Source of the DNA: Azolla caroliniana
Taxonomy: Eukaryota; Plantae; Polypodiophyta
Assembly: GCA_043228905.1 (NCBI GenBank)
Contig: JBHGNT010000022.1
Coordinates: forward strand, 1,674,001 to 1,738,000
Reading direction: 5' to 3'
DNA length: 64,000 nt
The position numbers and the translations under genes are program-made. The notes beneath the pieces are model-generated. The model worked only from the letters and a program-made list of their open reading frames with translations, was not told the DNA's origin and ran no database searches. Positions 48,713 through 61,100 of this stretch are shown here, one piece after another. Position 1 is the stretch's first letter. Every line of letters begins with the position of its first letter.

Positions 48713-48730
48713 TTCACGTCGGGTTCACCA
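48713..48730 (-). promoter_or_regulatory. Primer-binding site complementary to tRNA-Trp
   Basis: Plus strand TTCACGTCGGGTTCACCA matches the 3' 18 nt of plant cytosolic tRNA-Trp(CCA) as I recall it; 4 nt from the LTR end. Confidence 0.85.
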
Positions 48731-48734
48731 AAGA

Positions 48735-49534
48735 TGTCGAGATATTACGCAAGTGCGTGTGGAATAGAGGCGGGACCGCGGGGGTCTCGAACCAAAGAGC
48801 AAGCGAGGGAGGAGAAAGAGAGAGAACCGGCTACGCAGGACCGGGGATACACAGGGACACGGCCCTTCAGCACGGAGAACGCGAACAGACACCGACACAG
48901 ACGGATGCGAATGACTAAATATGTGTATTAACAAAATGGCTAACACGACTACAACCCCCGATGGGGCACAGGTTGGTTGCAACCGAACAGGCCGGCGAAC
49001 AGATGCCGATGCCTGTTCGCTTCGACGCACAAACGGGGAAATGGGGGGGGGGTAGCAGGTCGGAGGTGCTGCCGGAAGCACTCGGGCGTTCCTCGAAACA
49101 GCGCGAGCCTCCCCGGAACCCTGCACAGAAAGCTTTGGAGCTCAAGAAGGAAGGAAACAGAGAGAGCGAAGCGTCCAGAAACGGTCCGACAGCACTTCGT
49201 CCTCTCCGCGCCAGATCCCTGCAACAGCTCTTTCCCGCTCCTTATATAGGCCGACGAACAGGCCGTCGTGTCAGCTTTATTCCCTGTCCCTTTTGGACAG
49301 GGATCCGCTCCGTTTTTCACGGATCCGCGTAGTTACGCCGCCGACTCGTACAGTTCGCGCGCGCGACCGAAAAGACTGTTCGCGCGGTCTTTGTCTCCAC
49401 TTGAGTTAGGGCCCGTTCCTGCGGATTATCCTCTCAATTCGTTTCTATGTACAACTCGGAGCGTGCACGCGTGAAGAACCGGTTCCCACGCCTTGGTGCG
49501 CCGATTCCGCCTATAGACGGTTTTCTTCACGACA
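48735..49534 (-). repeat. 5' LTR of the young gypsy (800 bp)
   Basis: Adjacent to the PBS; candidate TATA box CCTATATAAG (minus) at 49241-49250. Confidence 0.97.
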
Positions 49535-52500
49535 AAGTCAAGGGGGAGGCCCACTTGCTTCTATTGCGGCAAGCGGGGACACTTCCAGAAGAACTGTCGG
49601 CATTTCTGGAAAGACAAGGAAACGGACGGTACCGATTCGAAGCGGACACCGGATTGGAACGGTAAAGACTGGAGGGGAACGACGACAATCGCGGCAAGTG
49701 AAGAAGAGTTGATGCTCATCACCGAGGAGAGTGAGATAAACATTGCTGGCGACGAGATGACTTGGGTGGTCGACTTCGGAGCGTCGTTCCACCTTACCCC
49801 TGACCGGAAATGCTTCTCATCCTACTCAGCCGGTGATCACGGCTGTGTCCGGATGGGGAATGAAGGTACATGCCGAATTGTCGGCATAGGAGACGTGTGG
49901 CTGACAACACCAACCAGATGCAAGATGCTGCTGAAGGATGTCCGACACGTTGTGGAGGTTCGTCTGAACCTGATATCAGCCGGTCGGTATAGATGATGAA
50001 GACTACACGGGTAGCATCCGGAATGGTGTTATGAAGTTCAGCAAAGGAAGCCTGATTGTGGCTCGGGCCCGAAAGGTCAACACTCTGTACCTGATGAATG
50101 CCTGGTTATGTTCGGAGGAAGTGAACGTGGCATCCGACATTGCCGGTGAGCTGTGGCACAAAAGGCTGTGTCACATGAGCGAAAAGGGGATGAAGAGGCT
50201 TGCAGACGACAACCTCATTCCAGTGAAGAACGTGCACTTGGAGAAGTGCACTGATTTTCTGGCCGGTAAGCAAAACCGGACCTCCTTTCGACCAAGGCCA
50301 CCGATGAGAGGTAATGCACCACTAGAGTTGGTGCATACTGATGTGTGTCAAGTGGACACGAAGTCACATGCAGGATCGCAGTACTTTGTGACGTTCATAG
50401 ATGACCACAGCCGGAAGCTGTGGGCCACACCGTTGAAGATGAAGGATCAGGTGCTATCCGTCTTCAAGGAGCTCCACGTGAGAGTGGAAAGAGAAACCGA
50501 CCGGAAGCTGAGGGCGGTTCGAGCAGATAACAGAGGTGAATACCGGGGGCAGTTCGAGGAGTACTATCGCTCAAAGGGAATCCGGCTCGAATTCACCATG
50601 CCAAAGACGCCGGAACTAAACGGGCTGGCCGAGAGGATGAACTGGACCATAATGGAGAGGGTCCGGAGTATGCTGGCGCATGCAAAACTACCCAAGAAGT
50701 TTTGGGTTGAGGCACTGTCGACGGCGACATATGTGATAAACAGATCCCCCTCAGTACCCTTGGACGGAGACACGCCGCAGAGAGTATGGACCGGTAAGGA
50801 AGTGTCCTACCGGCATTTGAAGGTGTTCGAGTGTCTCGCGTACGTGCATGTAGCTAAGGACCGGAGAGGAAAGTTAGATCCAAAGACCTGGCCATGCATA
50901 TTCCTCGGTTATGGCGACGATGAGTTCGGCTACCGAGTGTGGGACCCAGTCGACAAGAAGGTATTCCGGAGTCGAGATATTATCTTCATGGAGGACAAGA
51001 CGCTAGCCGACTGGGAGTCGAAGAAGAAGATAATGAACTCCGATTCGACCGGTAAGGATCAATCCTACAATGAGCAGACCCAACCGGTAAGAGACCGGTT
51101 AACACTCGAGGAACTAGCCGTTTATCGTGAGGATACCGAACCGGCAGAAGAAGAAGTAGAGGAAGCTGAAACCGGAACCGGCCAAGACCCCGAATCGGAT
51201 TCGGATGAAGAGCAAATGGAGGAGCCGGTTACCGAAGCCCAAAGACGGAGATATCCTCTTAGAGAGAAAAGGGCCCCCCGAAGATTTCCGGACTCAGAGC
51301 ATGTGTTGCTGACCGATCAGGGAGAGCTGGAAAGCTTCGAAGAAACGAAGGATGACACCCACAACCGCAAATGGTTAAGTGCCATGCAGGATGAGATGGA
51401 TTCCCTGCATGAGAACTATACGTACAAATTGGTGGAGTTGCCGAAAGGAAAGCGGGCACTCCGAAACAAGTGGGTGTACAAGTTGTAACCTAGAGATGCC
51501 GACAACCCCCCGAGATACAAAGCCAGGATCGTGGTGAAGGGGTTCCAACAGAAGAAGGGCGTGGATTTCGACGAGATATTTTCCCCGGTAGTAAAGATGA
51601 CCTCCATCCGGATGGTGCTGAGTATAGCGGCAAGCATGGACCTTGAGGTAGAGCAGCTGGACGTGAAGATGACATTTCTTCACGGTGACCTCGAAGAGGA
51701 GATCTACATGCAGTAACTGGAAGGATTCGTGGAGAAAGGGAAGGAGCACCTGGTATGCTAGTTGAAGAAGAGCCTATACGGACTGAAGCAGGCTCCCCGG
51801 CAATGGTACCGGAAGTTCGACTCCTTCATGACCGATCAAGGTTACCACAAGACACAGGCTGATCACTGTGTGTTTGTGAAGAATTTCGAAGGAGGCGACT
51901 TCCTGATACTCCTTCTGTACGTGGACGACATGTTGATCGTCGGACGGGACCGAGCCAAAATACGGATGCTGAAGAAGGCTCTCAATCAGACCTTCTGAAT
52001 GAAAGACTTGGGCCTGGCAAGACAGATGCTGGGGATGCATATCATTCGGAACCGGCCAACGAAGCAATTGTGGTTGTCACAGGAGAAGTACGTGACAAAG
52101 GTGCTTCAACGGTTGAACATGTCAGATGTGAAACCGGTCGGATCGACACTTCCGGCAAACTGCAGGTTATCCGGTAAGCAAAGCCCAAAGACGAAAGCAA
52201 AGAAGGCGGATATGATGAAGGTTCCATATGCCTCTGTCGTCGGGAGCCTAATGTACCCAATGGTGTGTACCCGACCGGATATAGGATACGTAGTCGGAGT
52301 GGTGAGCCGGTTTATGAGCAATCCCGGCAAGGAGCACTGGAACGCGGTCAAATGGATACTCCGGTACTTGAAGGGCACTTCAAATATGTGTCTCCGATTC
52401 GGCTCCGGAAAACCTCAACTTGACGGTTTTACTGATTTGGACATGTCGGCTGATGTGGATACCAGCCGGTCTACATCCGGGTATGTAATGACATATGCAG

Positions 52501-52964
52501 GGGGAGCTGTTTCGTGGTAGTCGAGGTTGCAGAAGACGGTTGCGTTGTCAACCACGAAAGCGGAGTACATGGCGGTTGTGGAAGCCGGCAAGGAAAGATT
52601 ATGGATGAAGGACTTCATCGGAGAGCTCGGTATCCGGCAAGATGAATACCGGCTCTATTGCGACAGTCAAAGTGCCATCCACCTTGCTAAGAATGCGGCC
52701 TACCATTCCCGGACGAACCATATCCAGTGAAGGTATCACTGGATCCGGGAAAGAGTAGATGACCAGGAGTTCGCGCTGACGAAGATCCACACGGCCGAGA
52801 ACGGGTCAGATATGCTGACCAAAGTACTGATACCCGACAAGCTGGATGCATGTCGGAAGCGGATCGGACTAGTAAGACATCCCATGCCAGAGTGAAGGGG
52901 GAGTTTGTTAGGAAACGGGTCCCTCCGGATGGGAAGTGAGAACCGAATGAGTTGTATCCGGCAA

Positions 52965-53235
52965 CGGAAGACCCGGTGAGAACCGGATGAGAAGTACCCG
53001 GCAAGAGCCGGATGGTGAAGACCCGGTGAGAACCGAATGAGCAGTACCTGGCAAGAGCCGAATGGTGAAGACCCGGTGAGAACCGGATGAGCAGTACCCG
53101 GCAAGAGCCGGATGGTGAAAACCCGGTGAGAACCGGATGAAGAGTACTCAACTACGGAAGACCCGGTGAGAACCAGATGACATGTGCCCGACAAGCGCCG
53201 GATGATGCAGGCCCGGTGAGGAGTGCTCACCGGAT
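52965..53235 (+). repeat. 50-bp tandem repeat array in the 3' LTR of element E, with one extra ~40-bp unit
   Basis: Same unit as 40811-41040; extra AGAGTACTCAACTACGGAAGACCCGGTGAGAACCAGATGA at 53141-53180. Confidence 0.9.
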
Positions 53236-53705
53236 GAAGGGACATATTCATAAATATGTTTTTGAGAGTCCATCGGGGATATATTTGTAAATAGCTGGAA
53301 AGTCATATTAGTATAAATATGACTTAGGGAAAACTCTTTTAGGTTGTTGTTGTTTCCATTCTTGTTGGTGCAAGATTTGAGCGCGTAACTGTGTACAGAG
53401 AGAGAGAGAGAGAGTGAGAGAGAAGGAGGTCGTTGCCTCTGTTGCAACCGCCACCTGTGGCGAAGATTGTGACCGCGAGGTCGTTGCCTCCGTGAGATCA
53501 CTGTTGTAATCATTGTGATATAGTGAAAGTTTGGAGTCTGTGGACTCCCGTGGTTTTTCCCCTCTCAGGGTTTTCCATGTTAAACATCCTGTGTACTCTT
53601 CTCTCCTTTGTGTCGTGTGTATTCATTCCCCGTTTTCTGTGTTTGATTCTAAGCTCGGTTGTGGCCGAGTTGTGTTCCTCGGAGCGTCTAGTTCCTGTCA
53701 CATAT

Positions 53706-56176
53706 GTCCGCATGGAAGCATATGCGGAAGACACAGAATACACAATCGGTTATTTGGAAGTATAACACTTAGGTAAACACAAAGTAAGGGTTAGAGAGAG
53801 AGACTGCGTGAGAGAAGACAACAGATGATTCTATTACAAAATGCTCAGTACAAACAATAGTGCTTAAATGCACTTTATATATACAAGCCCATCTTATAGG
53901 GTTGTCAGGAAGTACTGACATGTACTTCAATGTTCTTAAAAGAGCCTCTGACACTAACTGCCTATATTAGGCCTCTTTACTAGAATAGGCCTAATCGACA
54001 CGTGTGACATTCCGGATCGGCTTCCATGACCACTCCGTCATCCGGTCTGGATCTGTCATCCAGATCCGACATCCAATCCGTCATCCTAATATTGCATCCG
54101 GTCTAGAACCTAGTCTGGAGCTTAGGCTTTATTAGCCAAAGTGGGCCTAGCAAATTGGATTGATTCAGGTCTAGCCTACCTGCTTATCTAGGTGGTTCAG
54201 TCCATGTTGAGCTTGCTTGTTCAACACTCCCCCTCATGCTCAACTTGAGGTCGGTCCATCGTGTCAACATTCACCCGTTCTTCCCTCCGGCTCTTCTTGC
54301 CATCATCACGCCTTGCTCGTGCTCCTTGTCCGGTATGATCCTGCGTCCTACGACCCCTATAGCCGGTCGCTCCTTTCGGTCAGCATGTTTGCTCAGTAGG
54401 CGCTTCTTAGCTTCCTCGCAGTTGCGGCATTGACGCCCATTGATCTGTCTACTCGTTCGTTTCAGTGTCAGCCTTGGCTACCCTTTCGTTTGCCTGGCCT
54501 TCATAAGATTCAGGTCTCCCGAATCAAACATGACCGAATCGGCTAACTCTGATTTGCCTTCTGCCTTGTCTAAATTGGTTGTATCTGATTCACCTTCCTT
54601 CTGGCCTTTGACCACGTTTTCCCATGTCCTAGTCTTGGCCTTCTTCTATCGGTCGGCTCTATCCTTCTTGACTCTGCTGCCTACTCCAGTTCTATCTCTC
54701 CCTTGGTTGGTTGGTTCTAGCTCCAACTCTTTACTCTGATTGTTCCCCCTATAGCTAGCTAATCTCCGTTTGGTTGCTCCTCTTCCACTTGTCTTCATGT
54801 CCGATGTGTCCTCGATTTCTTCAACCGATCTGGATGTACCGCCGACTTTTTCCGTCGTTTCGAAATCAGACTCCTCATCCGATTCGGCTTTCCAAACATC
54901 ATCTCTCTCCATCTTTCCGACATCACTCCTCTCCCTCAAGTTTTGCATGTCGAGGTGTTGTAAGCCAAGCATGCTCGAAAAGTGTCGTAACTTGTCAAGA
55001 TTGAGAGTTTTGGTAAAGATGTCGGCAACTTGTCGATCTGTGGGGACATGTTCAAGCTCCATTTCTCCCAAGATTACTTGCTCATGGACAAAATGGTAAT
55101 GCACCTCAATGTGCTTCGTCTGGGTATAGAAGATAGGGTTCTTGGCGAGTTGGATGCTCCTGAGGTTGTCGCAGTATATCATTGTCGAATCAGATACCTC
55201 CATTTGCAGATCCGTCAAGAGCCTCTTGAGCCATTTGGCTTTGTGTGTAATGACAACCACTCCTCGATATTCGGCCTCAATATCAACAATGCTATTGTCA
55301 GCTGTTTATTGCTCCTCCATGCGATCAACACACTTCTGAAAGAAAATGCATATACGGAAGTCGATCGACGATCGTCAACATTTCGACCCAATCAGCATCC
55401 ATGTAGCCAACAAGTTGGGCAGCTAACCCAGTCTGATACAACAACGCTCTATCCTTAGTGCCACTGACATATATCTCATGGTCCAATGCGCGCATTGAAG
55501 GTGTTCGGTGGTCGGCTGTGACATGAATTGACTAATCAAGATGATTGGATAGTTGAGGTATGGCCAGGTGATAGTCAAATAGATAAGGGTTTCAACAATC
55601 TGTCGGAAACATGTCGCATCACAAGTCGACCCCGATCCAAGGTGAAGCTTGATATTCCAATCCAGAGGAGTCGATAGAATCCATCAAACCGAACTTGAAG
55701 AGCATATTCAGTACATAATGCCTTTGACTGACTAATATGCCTTCGGGGGTCTGGATCACTTCAATCCCGAGGGAGTAGTGAAGGTTCCCAGATCCTTCAT
55801 CTCAAACGATGCCGCTAGTTGAGACTGCACACGACCTAGGTCGGCGTCTGTGATGACTAAATCATCTACATATAGAAAAATTCTTGCTGACCCATGCCGA
55901 TCTTGTCGGATGAAAAGTGAAGAGTTTGATTTCGACGTAGCAAACCCCATCTGACGCAGTCACTCCATGATCTTTGCGCACGAAGCACGCAAGGCTTGCT
56001 TGAGTCCATAGAGTGAATTCTTTAGTCGGTAGACAGTGAACGTGTTTAATCTAGACTGAAATCCGAGGGGTTGCACCATGTATACTTGTTCCTCAAGTTC
56101 TCCTTGTAGGAACACATTCCTCACATCTATGTGATGTAGGTGCCATCCCTTTGCAATCGCCACCGCCGGCAGCACC
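53706..56176 (-). mobile_element. Decayed Ty1/copia element I (relative of D): 3' LTR, RH, partial RT
   Basis: LTR ends at ~54226 with adjacent PPT; TKHIEVHYHF, FLYVDDLVI, SLYGLKQA; truncated at ~56176; left LTR boundary uncertain. Confidence 0.85.
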
Positions 56177-58180
56177 TAGATTGCGCAGGCTCGGAGGGAT
56201 AGTGGGGGTCAATCGCGCAACCGAAGGCTGCCATTCGAACAAACGTGTATATGGTGAGACGCCGTCGGTCACATCCAAAGGAACTATGCGGAATTTAGAG
56301 AGGCACTTAGGAATAACTGTTGAGAACTTGACGTTCCTTATGTCCGACGCTCGGCCACAACCGAGATTCTTTACATACATAGAAAAACAGGTAATGAAAC
56401 GCGACACAAAAGAGGAGAAATGATACACAGGAGGTATACGTGGAAAACCCCAAAATAGGGGAAAAACCACGGCAGCCCACAAGCTGCAAACTGTCACTAT
56501 GTAGAAATATACAACAGTGAGATCACTGAGGCAACGACCTCGTGCTCTCAGATCTTCGCCACAGGCGGCGGTTACAACAGAGGCAACGACCTCGTCTCTC
56601 TCTCTCTCTCTCTGTACAGTTACGAGCTCTGATTTCTCCTTGCACCAACAACGAAGAATCACCACAAAACGACAACTACTAAAAAAAACTAAAAGTTTGC
56701 CCTAAGTCATATTTATACTAATATGACTTTTCGGCTATTTACAAATGTAGCCTCGATGGGCTCCATCCGGCTCTCCGCAGTCGGGTACTCCTCATCCGGT
56801 TCATACCGGGCCTACACCATCAGACTCTCCGCAGTCGGGTACTCCTCATCCGGTTCATACCGGGCCTACACCATCCGACTCTCCGAAGTCGGGTTCTCCC
56901 CATCCGGTTCATACCGTTTCGGCCTCGGCCTGTCGGCCTCGGCCGAGTTTGTTCGTCGGCACTGTTCTTCTCCCTTCCCATCCGGAGGGACCTGTCTACC
57001 AACAATAACCTAGTGTACCTTGGGAACGGTCGGGTGCACGCCAACCAGACAGAAGAGGCCTGTAGAGGTGAACTCTAGCCGAGGCGGAATGAAGGATGAT
57101 GGAGGAGGCTGCGGCCTGACATGGTGAGACTGTTCCCTACTCGGCTTCCATCGGGATCCGGGTAGGAGGAGAAAGGATCACCAATTCTGAATTCTGGCTG
57201 TTAGTGTTGGAGGGCTTGTCCGGGGTAAGACTGAGGAAAGGAGAAGTGGTCTGCACGGAGAGGCGGGTCCAAGAGGTCACCGGGTGGAACGACCCGGTCG
57301 AAGAAAAGGCTGGCTTCGTGGAGGCCGGATGCAAGAACTACGAAGTTCTCGTAGAAAATAAATGGGTGGGGAAGAGTGGAGGAGCCGAACCCTTGAACCG
57401 GTATGAAACCCAGAGCACACCAAGGAAGAATGATGGAGGCCTGGTCAACCCACATGAAAGAACAAAGTTGACGGGCTTTCGGTTGAGCTTGGAGATAGAG
57501 AGGGCGATAGACTTGCGATAGGTCTTGGAAGAATGGATCCTCGATAGCAAGGTAGAGCTCTCGTTGAGGCAAGTGTTGGGAATTGCAAGGAAAGAATTCC
57601 ACGACTCCATCGTGAACCTAGTAAAATGAAAGTGACACTTGACAGAGCTAGAGCTGGAGAAGCTCGTGGAGGTGAGAGCAGCGCACATTGACGAGGTGGC
57701 CATGCAAGATGAGTTCTCGGAAAAACACTACATGAAGGTACATTGGGCGAGGGCAACAACAAATACCCCATTCCAGATCAGGGACATGAAGGAACCGATG
57801 GTGGTATTGGTCGACCATGGGTCTAAAAAAAACCTGATGTCCATGGACTTTTACAAAAAGGGGAAGTGGCCGATCAACACGAAGCACAATTGGAAGATAT
57901 GCGTAGGAAATTTTGGTTCTCCGACAACAGACGTTGTACAATACTTGACATCAGTAGCAAGGACAAGAAGCGAGTCGAAGAGTGCTTGAACGCATGCGGA
58001 GCCCTGAGCCCCGACGAAGAGATTAGTGGATCCGTGGAGCCGATCTCATTCCATGACACCCTTGGAGAGATCGAGAGGCTAGTCGGGGAGGATCTTAGCG
58101 AGGACTGGATGATTCTGGTCGGTTCAGTTGAGATGTACAAAGTCATTGCGGACTTCGGAAACATGATCGGGCAGGAATAG
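56177..58180 (+). pseudogene. Decayed gag-pro-pol fragment (J) of the same gypsy family as the young element
   Basis: IAQARRD...CIW*DAVGH, GWNDPVEEKAGFVEA, HWARATT, LVDHGS, DTLGE; ~390 bp deletion at ~57902. Confidence 0.9.
56318..57004 (-). mobile_element. Solo LTR of an element E-related copia family
   Basis: TG...CA termini; TSD ATAAC on both sides; reverse-complement similarity to the E LTR; 54-bp tandem repeat at 56763-56915. Confidence 0.9.
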
Positions 58181-61100
58181 TGTTAAAAATTAGGTAAGTA
58201 ATTAAGCAAGGGTTAATTAGTACATAAATATGTGATTAGTTGATAAGCACGGAAGATTAAGTGATATGTGTGTGTATGTGTGTGAGAGGAAGAGAGAGAG
58301 AGAGAGAGACTTATGAACAACACAAGATGGGGATGAGTGACTATATTAAATTAGCATTAGCTTCATCATCATCAAATACAAAAATACGCACAATGAGGTA
58401 TATATACATCTCATGTGCAAAGGTGCACATGTGTGAGTAGAATATAGGTACTAATGTGTAAGTCCTATATTAAATGTACTTAGGAGTGGAGGATCTACAA
58501 TATCCCACTTAAGTACAAGGTCGTATTAAAGGCGTTATAGTCAACAGTTCTGACTAGATTTTATCTAGGTAACTACGAAGTTACATTGTTGACTAATTAG
58601 CTAAACTAAATTGAGCTTGATCTCCCAACACGCCCCCTCAAGCTGAAGTGTGAGGCGTCCGACATCCGCTTTGGCTTTTGTCGACTTTGTGTGCTTCCAT
58701 CCGGCCTTCGGCTTTCGTCGCCGTGGAAATCTCGGTTCCTCCCCGTCAAGCCGGTGACGAAGGCTTGTAGTGTGTGGGTGAAAGTTGACTACTTCCACCC
58801 ATCCTAGGTTACGAGCCGCTTCGATGGAGCTCTTGGGATCTTGTTCGGCCGCTACCTTCATCATGAAAGCGTAATGATGTGCCATGTACTCGTTGTAGCC
58901 GTGCCGAGTGACAAGGTTCTTAGCTCTAGATGAGCATCAAAGCTTTTCGCTCGCCGATGTGAGTGCCTTCTTTACTCCGGGTGTCCGCAACATGGGCGCA
59001 CCGAACTCACTGTCTAGTGAGGGAGCCGACACATCTGAATCATTGTCGTCGGGGTGATGGACTTCGTATTCGGGCATCTTACCTTTGCCCTTGTCCAAGT
59101 TCGTACTTGGTCGCGACATGCTTGGGTTGCGTGGGAACGCTTGTGGCCCAATAGGCTTTGCCGTAATCAGACTTTCTTTGAACATGTGTTCTAAGCGATC
59201 TCCATCTTCTACCTCTTGTTCGGCGGATTCGGAGTCGTAGTGGTCTTTGGTGCGTACCAGGATGCGGACTCGTCGAAGACTACGTCTCGACTTACCCGAA
59301 CCGCTCAAGTAGAAGGGTTGTAGCACTTGTATGCCTTCTTCTCGGATGAGTATACTATGAGGATACATTCCTCCGACTTCGCGTTGGGCTTCTGTCGTTG
59401 TCCGTTCGGGATGCATACATTCGCAATGCTTCCGAACACCTTGAGGTGCGACAGGATCGACTTCCTTCCGGCAAGGAGCTCTTAGGGAGTTAGCTCATGG
59501 ACTCCATTGGTGGTGCACCGGTTCATGAGATAGACGGACGTGGATGCCACTTCGGCCCAATAGAAATTTGGCATGTGCTTCTCAGGCATCATGGCACATG
59601 CTACCTCGAGTATTTGCCGATTCTTCCTTTCGGCTACTCCATTTTGTTGGGGTGTGTGTCGGCATGAGAATTCTCTCTGAATGCCTTCATTTTGGAGGTA
59701 GGAGATGAATTCGTCGGAGAAGTACTCCTTGCGTCCATCCGATCGTAGACATCGAATGTGCCGACCGGTTTCTTTTTCGACTTGCCCCTTGAGCTTTTGG
59801 AAGTGGGAGAACACTTCGCTCTTCTTCTTCATCGGGTAGATCCACGCGTAGCGTGAGTAGTCGTCGATGAGGGTTATGTGGTATTGGCATCCGCCGATCA
59901 TCGGCGTTTGAGCCGGTCCCCATACATCCGAGTGTATGACGTTGAGGAGGCCTTTGCTTGTGGAGCTCTCCTTCGGGAATGGGAGTCGATGTTGTTTGCC
60001 GAGTTGACACGCTTCGCATACTCGGTCGACTCGAATGTTGGAAGTCCGATGATGACTCCCTTAGTTTGCATCACTTGTAGCTGTTGGAGGTTTATGTGGC
60101 CGATTCTCTTGTGCCACAACTCGGTGCTTGTCTCGGTTTTGAAAACTTTGGCGTACATTTCCGATTTCACCTCGTTCGAATCAAGGATGAACATTCGGCT
60201 GTCTCTCGGCCCCTTAGCTATGAGTCGGCCATCTTTCTCGATGAAGCATCCTTCGTTGTTGAAGCGGACTTGCATGCCTTGCTCCACGATTTGGCCGACT
60301 GAGACCAAATTCTTCGTTATTGTGGGCACGTGCAAGACATTCTTGATGCAAGTTTGCTCGCTTTCTTTCCCGAATGGGACATTGCCGATGTGCCAAATGG
60401 GGTGCGTGGTGTCGTCTCCCGTCTCTATGAAGCCGGGTCGGTTCGGTGTATGCAAGTCACGAAACCACTCTTCGTGAGATGTCATGTGATGTGAGGCGCC
60501 GGAGTCGATGAACCACATGTCTTCCGAGTTGGAGGTGCTTGCGGGGTTGGAGGCCATCATAGAGTTCGCTCTATGCCTCATTACGAACATTCCGCAATGG
60601 TCGCCATAGTCGGAATTCAATGCGTGATTCGTGAACATTCCGCTATGATTTTCGTAGTCAGAGTTTGATGCGTAGTTTGTGAGTTGTCGACTTGTTGAAG
60701 CCGACTTGCTTCTTCTTTTTCGGCATTCCTCCTCGCGGTGGCCGATTTTGCCGCAATAGTTGCAAGTTGCAAGGCTCATTTGCCGACCATGTTCGGCGTG
60801 GAAGCTCGCCCTTCTTCTGAAGGTTCCTCGATGGCTTCCGTGAAGGTTTGAGTTCCCTTCATGTGATGGGTCGAATTGACCTCTTCTACCGCCGTGATCT
60901 CCTCCTCGGCCATCGTCCGAATTCAAGAAGAACATTTTCCCTTCCGACGTCTTGCTTTTGGTTCGGACGTGGGTCTCTTCGACCAATAGCATTGATTGGA
61001 GGTCGAAGAATGAAGGAGGGTTTTCTCTCGCCAAGATTGCCGTCCGTAATGGATCAAATCGTTGTGTGAGACCGCCCAAGCATACTTGAACCATCTTGTC

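Larger units (their letters stand above)
42205..49534 (-). mobile_element. Young, intact non-chromoviral Ty3/gypsy LTR retrotransposon
   Basis: Two 800-bp LTRs with three differences seen by eye; tRNA-Trp PBS; PPT; two uninterrupted ORFs, domain order gag-PR / RT-RH-INT; no chromodomain. Confidence 0.97.
40753..53700 (+). mobile_element. Full-length decayed Tnt1/Tork-like Ty1/copia element E; interrupted in gag by the young gypsy
   Basis: LTRs 40753-41505 and 52906-53700; TSD CATAT; PBS-Met 41509-41519; PPT GAAGGGGGAG; gag 41536-42204 resumes at 49535 (KSRGRPTCFYCGK); INT 50031-51488; RT YVDDML; several in-frame stops. Confidence 0.95.

Noticed and set aside
48713-48730. tRNA-Trp gene
   Set aside because: Only the 18-nt 3' end is present, as a primer-binding site; no cloverleaf
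57890-57915. Deletion in fragment J read as a spliced gag-pol intron (the missing segment ends in AG in the young copy)
   Set aside because: No GT donor, the join is out of frame with pol, and it removes half the protease; a microhomology deletion fits better
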